Shown here: in pieces, positions 1 to 7,848 of the stretch
Numbering within the stretch: the stretch's first letter is position 1
How the letters are laid out: every line of letters begins with the position of its first letter
Source: Candidatus Bathyarchaeota archaeon
GTDB lineage: Archaea; Thermoproteota; Bathyarchaeia; Bathyarchaeales; Bathycorpusculaceae
DNA length: 28,614 nucleotides
Direction: 5' to 3'
NCBI GenBank assembly: GCA_030672945.1
Contig: DAOVFL010000001.1
Coordinates: 1-28,614, forward strand
The notes under the pieces: generated by a model
Database searches by the model: none
The model's input: the letters and a program-made list of their open reading frames with translations, nothing else
Told to the model about the DNA's origin: nothing
Translations under genes and position numbers: made by a program

Positions 1-298
1 GGTAGATTATTCTGACCTTCCCTATAGTATCCGCCTCTTCAACAGTTTTATCGTCTCTTATACGGTTTATTCTGGCAAAACGCAGAGCCATACCGCACTT
101 GTATTTTGAGCTTTCTTGGATCTCATTATATAATACCTCGACAACTATTTTAGGAACTACAATAACCCTTCTACCTTCCTCTTTTATGGTCAATTCTTTA
201 AGCCGCTTAGTCATTTCAATGATCTCTACATCCGTCAACCCCTTGAAGGTTTTACCAACCATCATATACCTTCTTTTTTCAACATCACGAGCAGCTAA
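1..298 (-). pseudogene. lig: Out-of-frame C-terminal OB-fold of the same DNA ligase, open to the window edge
   Basis: Manual translation from 298 down: LAARDVEKRRYMMVGKTFKGLTDVEIIEMTKRLKELTIKEEGRRVIVVPKIVVEVLYNEIQESSKYKCGMALRFARINRIRDDKTVEEADTIGKVRIIY. It has no stops and contains motif VI (RFARINRIRDDK). Not in the ORF track. Confidence 0.9.
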
Positions 299-1686
299 GT
301 AATAATATCACTACCACACTTGGCTTTCAGATAATAATCTGAAAGCCATTCATGCCTTCGACCATAACCATATTCAGCTGCAACAATAACCAAATCCAAG
401 GGTTCAAGAACGGGTTTTATCTTAAGCCAACGTTTTCCACGAATCCCAGGCGTGTATTCACTGTCAAGTTTCTTAGCCACCAATCCTTCATGACCAGCAT
501 CTATTGCCTCTTCCAGAAACCTTTCAGCCCCTTCAACTCTATCTGTAACCAATTGTTCTGGCAACGATATTCCCTCAGCATTTTCAACTAAGATTTTTCT
601 TCGCTGTGTATATGGAAATGAAACTAGGCTTTCTCCGTCAATGTAAAGTATGTCAAACAGATAAAGCTCAACAGGTATCTTTTCAATTATGGCTTCTATG
701 TTGTGAACCCTTTTGAATCTACGCATCAAATGTTGGAATGGAATAGGATGACCCTGGATGTCAACGGCAATAACCTCACCCTCCAAAATCGCCTTTTCCA
801 CCTTCACGTTCTTTCGAACAATTTCAACGATTTCCGGCAGACCCACTGTCACATCTGTCAGTCTTCTACTAAAAATCCTCACCTCATCACCACATTTGTG
901 AATTTGAACCCTTGCACCATCCAGTTTATACTCGAAAGCTGTTTCGCCACCATGCTCCTTCAAGGCTTCAGCAACATCACTTGCCGTCTGAGCCAACATA
1001 AGCCCAACAGGTCTAAGAACCCCAAACCCAACCTTCAATAAGGCATCTTCACCCTGCCTTTTTGCTATGGCAGCAACCTCTCCCACATTACCCAATGTCA
1101 TAGTTGCCTTCTGAACCGTTTCCAATGGAATCTGGAAAGCTTTGGAAACCGCCTGCTCCATCAAGCCTTCGTAAAAACCAGTTCTCATCTCACCTATCAA
1201 TATCTTAACTAGAAATTTCGCTTCAAGCGGTGACGCTAGACTTAAAAGGGTTGCTATGAGCCGTTCTTTCTTCACCCTTGAGCCCGACCCAACGGTTTCA
1301 GTTACAGCCTTAAAACTGTGCTTAACCTCCAGTATCGTCATTTTTCTCTCAAAAAGTGTTGACTGCTTGCCAACTTTGCTGATCTCAAAGAGTATTTTTG
1401 TTGCTGAGCCTACATCGCCAGTTTTTCCAAATGCTTCTGTGAAGGCTTTCCAGTCGGTCTTTGTTATGCGTTTTACTATTTCGCTAAGGGTTGCCCAGCT
1501 CACATCAAGGGTTTGTTGACTCCATTTTGGGAAAGGTCTTCCAAGAACCATGGATACAGCTGGTTCAACTTCTTCCACTTCTAAATCATTTAGGAAATCT
1601 GCAACGAAGCTTACCATAAGAAGCCGTTTGTTTGTTGTTTCAAGTTTTTCGCAAAGTTCCGCCAAAGCTTTGAAGGGTGTAGGCAT
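295..1686 (-). CDS. lig: ATP-dependent DNA ligase, N-terminal part (DNA-binding and adenylation domains), ended prematurely by a 32-nt insertion
   Basis: Motif I EYKLDGAR with catalytic Lys, ILEGEVIA, LYLFDILY, HEGLVAK, motif V RWLKIK. The ORF ends ..WLSDYY then LKAKCGSDIIT*, which derives from the insertion. Confidence 0.95.
   Translation of the reverse strand: MPTPFKALAELCEKLETTNKRLLMVSFVADFLNDLEVEEVEPAVSMVLGRPFPKWSQQTLDVSWATLSEIVKRITKTDWKAFTEAFGKTGDVGSATKILFEISKVGKQSTLFERKMTILEVKHSFKAVTETVGSGSRVKKERLIATLLSLASPLEAKFLVKILIGEMRTGFYEGLMEQAVSKAFQIPLETVQKATMTLGNVGEVAAIAKRQGEDALLKVGFGVLRPVGLMLAQTASDVAEALKEHGGETAFEYKLDGARVQIHKCGDEVRIFSRRLTDVTVGLPEIVEIVRKNVKVEKAILEGEVIAVDIQGHPIPFQHLMRRFKRVHNIEAIIEKIPVELYLFDILYIDGESLVSFPYTQRRKILVENAEGISLPEQLVTDRVEGAERFLEEAIDAGHEGLVAKKLDSEYTPGIRGKRWLKIKPVLEPLDLVIVAAEYGYGRRHEWLSDYYLKAKCGSDIIT
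300..348. repeat. 7-bp direct repeat (taataat at 300-306 and 332-338) plus a perfect 12-bp inverted repeat (321-332/337-348) marking the insertion in lig
   Basis: tggctttcagat-aata-atctgaaagcca. Deleting 32 nt between the direct repeats restores SDYYLAARD. Confidence 0.9.
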
Positions 1687-1742
1687 AATGTTAACCTTTA
1701 ATGTGCTCTATGTTTCCTGTTGTTACTAGGGAAATAAATGTT

Positions 1743-1750
1743 GTTTAAAA
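1743..1750 (-). promoter_or_regulatory. Putative TATA box (TTTTAAAC) for lig
   Basis: The same octamer lies 43-57 nt upstream of three minus-strand starts (lig, hsp20, Zn-finger gene). Confidence 0.5.
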
Positions 1751-1783
1751 TTTGAGAAAAAGGATTTCAGGATTAGCTTTATT

Positions 1784-2167
1784 TTAGAATGATTCTGCTA
1801 GTTTTGCTTTCACTTCTTTTATCTTCTTTTCTGTTTCTTCAGCTTTCTCTTTGTTTTTTAAGATTTTGTAGCAGTCTCGCGCATATTCTAGTGCACTTAC
1901 TCCGAATCTGTCAAAACCCTTGTCGAATGACAAATCAGCTGATTTCATAAAATATTCAAGAGCTGTTTCATAATCCTTGAGCATGTAGACGCATTCACCG
2001 GCCTTGTAAAACATGGATGTTGCATCAAAGAAGTTGTTTGCTTTCTGGTACAGTTCCGAGGCTCGTAGAAAATCTTCTTTGGCTTCATCGTATTTACCTA
2101 ACTCATAAAGAGCATATCCATCCTTATGCAGTTTAACAGGATCTTCCTTCACTTTCTCTTCACTCAT
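1784..2167 (-). CDS. Short TPR-repeat protein, alpha-SNAP-like helical repeats
   Basis: TPR patterns GYALYELGKYDEAKEDF and AGECVYMLKDYETALEYF. Likely start is MSEEK at 2167; the ORF track extends to 2176. Confidence 0.75.
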   Translation of the reverse strand: MSEEKVKEDPVKLHKDGYALYELGKYDEAKEDFLRASELYQKANNFFDATSMFYKAGECVYMLKDYETALEYFMKSADLSFDKGFDRFGVSALEYARDCYKILKNKEKAEETEKKIKEVKAKLAESF

Positions 2168-2318
2168 GTAGGTCAACTCACAACTTGCTATTACTCAACA
2201 TCAAACTCCCATTTAGATTTTCCCATCAAATAATCAATAAAAACAGTGACTTCAAGGCGTTGCAACATTAAAACTATTTAACAAGAGATAGTATGAAGCC
2301 TTAAGGGGGAGAAACACC

Positions 2319-3047
2319 GTGAAAATTTGTGATGTTCATGTTCATTTAGGAAAATCGGGACCATGGCAACCGTACGTGAAACCATCAATGTACGTGGATA
2401 AGCTCATACACTTATTTAAAAAATACAATGTTGAACGAGCTGTCGTTTTCCCAAATCCAAATGTTGGCGACAAATACCCCAAAATGAACGATTACATTGC
2501 AGACTGCGTAAAGAAGCATCCAAACCGCCTAATTGGTTTTGGACGGGTAGATCCGAGAAGAGAAGACGCTGCGGAAGAGTTGAATCGCATAAAAAACAGT
2601 TTAGGCTTAGCCGGGCTTAAATTGCATCCGATGGTGGAGTGTTTCAGACCAGATCATCCCTTCTTTGAAAAGTTCTTTGAAAAAATTAATGAACTGAAAC
2701 TTCCAGTGCTCTTTCACACGGGAACTGGATTTTCCTCACCAGGGTTAATCCTAAAAATCGCTAAGAAACATCCGAAGTTACCAATAATTTTAGGTCATTT
2801 AAGAGAAGCCGCCGTTAACGCTTTAGGAATGGCTGAGAACATTTATGTTGAAACTTCTGGCACTTTACCAGAGTTCATCGAGCTTTCAGTGGACATAGAT
2901 GAAGACAGAGTATTATTCGGCTCTGATGTTCCATATTACCGTTATCCCGTCCAGATAGCAATTGTGAAGGCAGCGGAAATCTCTCGAAAGGCGAAAAGAA
3001 AAATCTTCTACGAAAACTTTCAAAATCTGTTTATTAAAAAAGAATAA
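2319..3047 (+). CDS. Metal-dependent amidohydrolase (Amidohydro_2 TIM barrel)
   Basis: DVHVH, GLKLHP, VLFHTG, ILGH and VLFGSDVP give a complete metal-ligand set. GTG start after a purine-rich RBS. Confidence 0.9.
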   Translation: MKICDVHVHLGKSGPWQPYVKPSMYVDKLIHLFKKYNVERAVVFPNPNVGDKYPKMNDYIADCVKKHPNRLIGFGRVDPRREDAAEELNRIKNSLGLAGLKLHPMVECFRPDHPFFEKFFEKINELKLPVLFHTGTGFSSPGLILKIAKKHPKLPIILGHLREAAVNALGMAENIYVETSGTLPEFIELSVDIDEDRVLFGSDVPYYRYPVQIAIVKAAEISRKAKRKIFYENFQNLFIKKE

Positions 3048-3080
3048 GGATGGAAAACACTGACTAAATGGAGCAATATC

Positions 3081-4481
3081 ATGTCACTTAAATGTATTCA
3101 ATGCGGTTCAAAATCTCCACCTTATCCGCCAAAAAGCATGTGTGAAAAATGCGGAGGAATATTGGAATATGAGATTATTCTACAAAATAAACATAAGATC
3201 AAGTTTTCTGGCAAGCTTCGTTTTTGGAGGTATAGGGCGTTACTTCCTCCTGTAAGTAATATTATGAGTTTAGGTGAAGGTGGAACACGTCTACATAAGG
3301 CTAAGAGGCTTGCCAAAAAAGTTGGGTTGAATGATCTTTATCTAAAGGACGAAACCAGAAACCCAACCAACTCTTTTAGAGATCGTGCAGCAGCACTTCT
3401 AACTACAAATGCAATAGATCTTAAACATGACACATTAATCTGTGCAACCAACGGAAACCTAGGTGCTTCCTTAGCTGCCTATTCTGCAAAGGCTGGGTTA
3501 ATCTGTAATGTAATTGTTCCCAAACTTGTTGACGTTGGAAAACTGGCTCAAATGCTCGTCTACGACGCTGCCATTGAAGAGTTCGGAGTAACAGTCGACG
3601 ACTCCATAATCAGAGCTGAAGCTTTAGCCAAAGAAACTGGCTGGTATCAAGCAACCGCAGAGCTAAATCCGCTTGTAATTGAAGCACAGAAAACAATTTC
3701 CTATGAAGTCTATGAGCAGTTTGGTGTTCCAGACTGGCTTATAGTTTCCATGGGAGGAGGCGGAACCATATACTCAATATGGAAAGGCTTCAAAGAACTT
3801 GAACAGCTCGGAATAACGAATTCCATGCCAAGAATGATCGGAGTCCAACCTAAGGGATGCGCCCCCATAACTAGAACATTACTGGAAGGTCATTTCCAAC
3901 CATTAAAAATTTCGAAGCCATCTACCCGTGCACTGGCTGTACTAGTAGCTCACCCTCTTCAAGGCGAACTAGCTATAAAGGCGATAAAAGAATCAGACGG
4001 CTTGACTTTAACAGTTTCCGACTCTAAGATCTTCACAGCAGAACTTCAGATAGCTAAACTCGAAGGAATATTCGCTGAACCAGCAAGCTCTGCCACAATA
4101 GCAGCACTAAAAAAGCTTATCAAAGAAGAGCAAATCAGCAAAAATGAAAGTGTTGTATGCCTCATCACTGGAAGCGGACTTAAAGCCACAAATGTACTAC
4201 AAGCATTAACCAAAAAACAGAAGACAGCTGTTCTAGGCTTAGACATAAGCACAAAAGAAAAAATACTTCGAATCTTAAGCATAAAAGACACATACGGGTA
4301 TAACGCGTGGAAAAAACTGGGAAAAGTTATAACAAGAGCGGCCATATACCAACACCTAAACGAGCTCTCAGAAAAAGGACTAGTAGTAGGCTACGGAAAA
4401 AATGGAAAAAAATTCTTCAAAATAACAGAACGCGGTAAGAAAGTTCTACGTGCAATTGATGATATAAAACTTCTACTTTAA
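3081..4481 (+). CDS. Threonine-synthase-like fold-type II protein with Lys-to-Arg at the PLP site, fused to a C-terminal PadR-like winged HTH
   Basis: N-terminal CxxC..CxxC, SLGEGGT, NPTNSFRDR (canonical NPTGSFKDR), TNGNLG, SMGGGGT, EPASSA, TGSGLK. Residues ~391-466 read YGY..TRAAIYQHLNELSEKGL..FKITERG. Confidence 0.9.
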   Translation: MSLKCIQCGSKSPPYPPKSMCEKCGGILEYEIILQNKHKIKFSGKLRFWRYRALLPPVSNIMSLGEGGTRLHKAKRLAKKVGLNDLYLKDETRNPTNSFRDRAAALLTTNAIDLKHDTLICATNGNLGASLAAYSAKAGLICNVIVPKLVDVGKLAQMLVYDAAIEEFGVTVDDSIIRAEALAKETGWYQATAELNPLVIEAQKTISYEVYEQFGVPDWLIVSMGGGGTIYSIWKGFKELEQLGITNSMPRMIGVQPKGCAPITRTLLEGHFQPLKISKPSTRALAVLVAHPLQGELAIKAIKESDGLTLTVSDSKIFTAELQIAKLEGIFAEPASSATIAALKKLIKEEQISKNESVVCLITGSGLKATNVLQALTKKQKTAVLGLDISTKEKILRILSIKDTYGYNAWKKLGKVITRAAIYQHLNELSEKGLVVGYGKNGKKFFKITERGKKVLRAIDDIKLLL

Positions 4482-4492
4482 CCGGAAATGCT

Positions 4493-4522
4493 TAATTAGT
4501 ATAGTTACAACTATACTAATTA
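4493..4522. promoter_or_regulatory. Perfect 30-bp palindrome, candidate operator upstream of the ECF S-component gene
   Basis: taattagtatagtt-ac-aactatactaatta: two 14-bp arms with a 2-bp spacer, ending 8 nt before the ATG at 4531. Confidence 0.7.
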
Positions 4523-4530
4523 GATTTGAA

Positions 4531-5277
4531 ATGACCAGAGAAAAAGAAATATCTCCTTTCAACTTGGCGATTACGGCTGTCTTCACTGCACTCGTTTGTG
4601 TCGCAACAATGACGTTTTCCATTAATGTTCCTGCGACACGAGGTTTCTTCAATATAGGTGAATCGATGGTTTTTCTCTCCGCCCTCCTTTTCGGGCCTTT
4701 CGTTGGAGCTTTCGCCGGAGGAATAGGCTCCATGCTGGCTGATCTGCTGTTAGGCTTCCCGCATTATGCACCGGCTACGCTTATCATCAAGGCTTGTGAA
4801 GGCGCCTTCGTAGGAGCACTTAAGAAAAGAAATCCAAGGTTCAGTTCCAAACTTGAATGGAAATTCTTCACGCTGATCTTAGGTGTTGTTGCTGGTTTCT
4901 TACTGGGTTGGGTTGGCATGTCTTACTATAGTGGTGATGTAGAACTCAGCTTGGGTTCAAGTTCATTCATGTTCTATCTTCCAGCAGAGTTCTGGTTATT
5001 TCTCGGAGTCATAACTTCTCTGTCCATAATATTCTTAGGCTTCTTAGCTGATCCAGAGTTCGGTTGGACAGTTTTCTCAGTGATCACCGGTGGTTTCATC
5101 ATGGTTTTAGGATACTTCCTATACCAACAGTTCTTCATAGGCCCACTTTTCAACATTGAAGCTGTAGCCATAGCAGAAATACCAATAAATATCGGACAAA
5201 TGATTATAGGTGCAACAGTGGCATTACCAATAGCCAAAATAATTTGGCGAGCGCTCCCATACCTGAAAAAGAAATAA
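4531..5277 (+). CDS. ECF transporter S-component (HmpT/PdxU2/DUF1393-like) with an internal hydrophobic insertion
   Basis: AxxxA in TM1 (AVFTA), GFFNIGE, GPFVGAFAGGIGSMLADLLLG, YAPATLIIK..EG, NIGQMIIG. Polytopic, 248 aa. Confidence 0.85.
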   Translation: MTREKEISPFNLAITAVFTALVCVATMTFSINVPATRGFFNIGESMVFLSALLFGPFVGAFAGGIGSMLADLLLGFPHYAPATLIIKACEGAFVGALKKRNPRFSSKLEWKFFTLILGVVAGFLLGWVGMSYYSGDVELSLGSSSFMFYLPAEFWLFLGVITSLSIIFLGFLADPEFGWTVFSVITGGFIMVLGYFLYQQFFIGPLFNIEAVAIAEIPINIGQMIIGATVALPIAKIIWRALPYLKKK

Positions 5278-5301
5278 TCGCATGCTGCACAAAATATACA
5301 A

Positions 5302-6351
5302 ATGAGAGGGACAAATAGTTTGCATCTTCCTTTTGGAAAAATTCCCATAGACATTCTTCAGGAAGTTGTTTTCAAAAATCTGGGTGCGAAACGCACAGAA
5401 GTTGTTTTAGGTCCTGCCGCTGGGTTTGATGGCGCCGTCATAGACGTTGGAGATAAATCCATAATAGTTTCTACGGATCCTATTACTGGTGCAACAGAGC
5501 GAATTGGTTGGCTCGCCGTAAACATTAACGCAAATGATGTTGCCACATTCGGTGTTGAACCAGCATTCTTCTTATCATCCATCTTACTTCCTGAAAATGC
5601 AGATAAGAATACCGTTGAAACGATATGTATTCAAATGGATAAGTCTTCAAGAGATTTAGGGATGGCTATTGTTGGAGGACATTGCGAAGTAACTCCCAAA
5701 CTGACCAATCCAATAATTGTAGGCTGTGCTATGGGCATAACAGAAAAAGGAAACTACGTAACAGCGGGTGGAGCTAGGATTGGAGACAAGCTTATATTGA
5801 CCAAGAGTGCAGGAATCGAAGGCACAGCAATTCTGGCAGTGGATAGAGAAAAGCAATTGAAGAAAGCATTAAGTTCCACTATACTACGGAATGCCAAGAA
5901 ATTCTATGACCAAATAAGCGTGGTCAAAGATGCATCTGAAGCCATCCAAACACAAGGAGTTAATGCTATGCATGATCCAACAGAAGGCGGTGTGACCGGA
6001 GGAATCCATGAAATGGCAGATGCATCAAATCTAGGTGTAAAAATCATCGAGAAAGAAATTTCAATCCAACCAGAAACAGTTAAAATCTGCGAATTCTTTA
6101 AAATCGACCCACTACAACTAATAAGTTCTGGAGCCTTACTGATTTCCGCCAAACCAAACCTCGCAAACAAGGTAGTCAGAAGGTTAGAGCAATCCCACAT
6201 TCATGCCTCTATCATTGGGGAATTCGTGGAAAACCCGCAAGATCGCCTATTAGTAAAGGAAAATGGACGTATTCAAACCTTGCCAAGACCTGTTTCCGAC
6301 CATCTTTGGCTTATCATTCAAAGAGAGAAGGATTATTGGAAAAATGTGTGA
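5302..6351 (+). CDS. AIR-synthase (PurM/HypE/ThiL/SelD) superfamily protein
   Basis: GFDGAV, STDP, NINANDVAT, VGGHCE, GDKLILTK, AMHDPTEGG, SSGALL. Exact substrate is not assignable. Confidence 0.85.
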   Translation: MRGTNSLHLPFGKIPIDILQEVVFKNLGAKRTEVVLGPAAGFDGAVIDVGDKSIIVSTDPITGATERIGWLAVNINANDVATFGVEPAFFLSSILLPENADKNTVETICIQMDKSSRDLGMAIVGGHCEVTPKLTNPIIVGCAMGITEKGNYVTAGGARIGDKLILTKSAGIEGTAILAVDREKQLKKALSSTILRNAKKFYDQISVVKDASEAIQTQGVNAMHDPTEGGVTGGIHEMADASNLGVKIIEKEISIQPETVKICEFFKIDPLQLISSGALLISAKPNLANKVVRRLEQSHIHASIIGEFVENPQDRLLVKENGRIQTLPRPVSDHLWLIIQREKDYWKNV

Positions 6352-7075
6352 CATGTCCATAATAATAGCAACTAAGAATGAACAGGAATACTTGGAAAAA
6401 ACTCTGAAACACTTGAGTTTAGCCATGATTGAAGCAAAAAAAATGAACATAAATGTTGAACTCATCGTAATCGATGGTAGTAATGATAATACGCTTAGCA
6501 TAGCAAAGAAATTCACTGAAAAAGCATATTATCTATTATTACAAGGCGTCTCAAAAGCAAGGAACTACGGAGCCAAGTTATCTGAAGGTCAAATTCTAAT
6601 CTTTATGGATGCAGACACAATAGTGCAAAAAAACACTCTAGTTGACATCTTCAAAACTCTCCGAAATGAAACTGTTGTTTCAGTAATAACATATGTATTA
6701 CCAGTTCACTATCACATGTTACCGTTATCCGCAAAGATTTTCTACGCAATAGATAAAATCGCCATCAAAACTTGCGGTATAATAGGATTTCTTATACGGT
6801 TTTATAATAGAGGAGACATCGTGGTAATTAGGAAAACTGTTTTTAACATGGTAGGAGGTTTCGAAGAAAAACTGTACATGATGGAAATAACAACCTTGCT
6901 AGTCAACGCATCGAAATATGGACACATTAAAGTTCTATCCACTCCCGTATTTGAGTCAAGCAGGCGTCTAAAAAAATGGGGAGTAATAAAAAGTTATAAG
7001 ATCTGGTGGAAAAATTATTTCTCTTTCTATGTGCTTAAACACTTACATGATGTCAAATATGAAGTGGTCAGGTAA
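6344..7075 (+). CDS. Glycosyltransferase family 2
   Basis: IIIATKNE, VIDGSNDNT, ARNYGA, FMDAD (DxD), GGFEE, SSRR. Likely start is ATG 6344 or 6353, not 6263. Confidence 0.9.
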   Translation: MCDMSIIIATKNEQEYLEKTLKHLSLAMIEAKKMNINVELIVIDGSNDNTLSIAKKFTEKAYYLLLQGVSKARNYGAKLSEGQILIFMDADTIVQKNTLVDIFKTLRNETVVSVITYVLPVHYHMLPLSAKIFYAIDKIAIKTCGIIGFLIRFYNRGDIVVIRKTVFNMVGGFEEKLYMMEITTLLVNASKYGHIKVLSTPVFESSRRLKKWGVIKSYKIWWKNYFSFYVLKHLHDVKYEVVR

Positions 7076-7097
7076 GGTTTCAGAGAATCTCAAAAAA

Positions 7098-7835
7098 TCA
7101 GTGGCGTACCATTCTATTTGTCAGAAACTGGTAAATAGTGTATGCTGTGTAGAAACCATATGCTGGAACTAATCGGGTAATCATTTTGAAAGATCCACAC
7201 TTGATCGAATCAAGTATTATGTTTAAGCTACCACGCACTGTCCAAACGTTTAGAGGTCTATAATGAAGACAGTAAGGGTCATAACATGCAACGACTTCAT
7301 ATCCTTTCTCTGTTATCGATTCTTTGATGTAAGCATCCTCAAAGACATGAAGTGTGTCTGGGATTTTAATGTCTTTTACGGCATCACGACGAATCAATAT
7401 GTCGTGTGTTCCACCGCGTATATCAAATATTTTCCGTGTTATCCATAAAAATATCTTAAGTGTCGACGGATTATGAATGGTTGACCAAACTTCAATTCCG
7501 CAGATTGCACCTACATTTTCGTTTATGTATTTTATTGCCTTTTCAAACCAGTTTCTGCATAGTACAACATCACTATCGACAAACATGAACCAATCAGTTT
7601 CGACGTTCTTAATCCCTATTTGTCTTGCAGTTGCCCTCGTTCCATTATTCTGAATAACTTTTATGTTTCCATGTTTCCTGCTGAATGCATGTAAAACATC
7701 AAGAGTATTATCAGTTGAGTATCCATCGACAACAATTAGTTTTTTCACTGGGACATTTCTGTAAATTGATGTAAGACATTTCTCTAATATCCGCCCACTA
7801 TTCTTCGTGAGTATCACTACATCTACTGGTCCCAT
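7098..7835 (-). CDS. Glycosyltransferase family 2
   Basis: VVILTKNS, VVDGYSTDNT, ARQIG, FVDSD, ED motif. ATG at 7835; GTG at 7841 is possible. Confidence 0.9.
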   Translation of the reverse strand: MGPVDVVILTKNSGRILEKCLTSIYRNVPVKKLIVVDGYSTDNTLDVLHAFSRKHGNIKVIQNNGTRATARQIGIKNVETDWFMFVDSDVVLCRNWFEKAIKYINENVGAICGIEVWSTIHNPSTLKIFLWITRKIFDIRGGTHDILIRRDAVKDIKIPDTLHVFEDAYIKESITEKGYEVVACYDPYCLHYRPLNVWTVRGSLNIILDSIKCGSFKMITRLVPAYGFYTAYTIYQFLTNRMVRH

Positions 7836-7848
7836 ACCCACTAACCAA

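Noticed and set aside
300-338. Canonical bulge-helix-bulge archaeal intron in lig
   Set aside because: I tested all 8 boundary registers allowed by the 7-bp repeat by hand. None gives a 4-bp central helix with flanking stems (best was 3 of 4 pairs with no intron stem). It is also far too short for a group I or II intron.
99-1519. Plus-strand ORFs 99-302, 352-591, 703-1041 and 1256-1519
   Set aside because: Antisense shadows of the ligase gene with no motifs.
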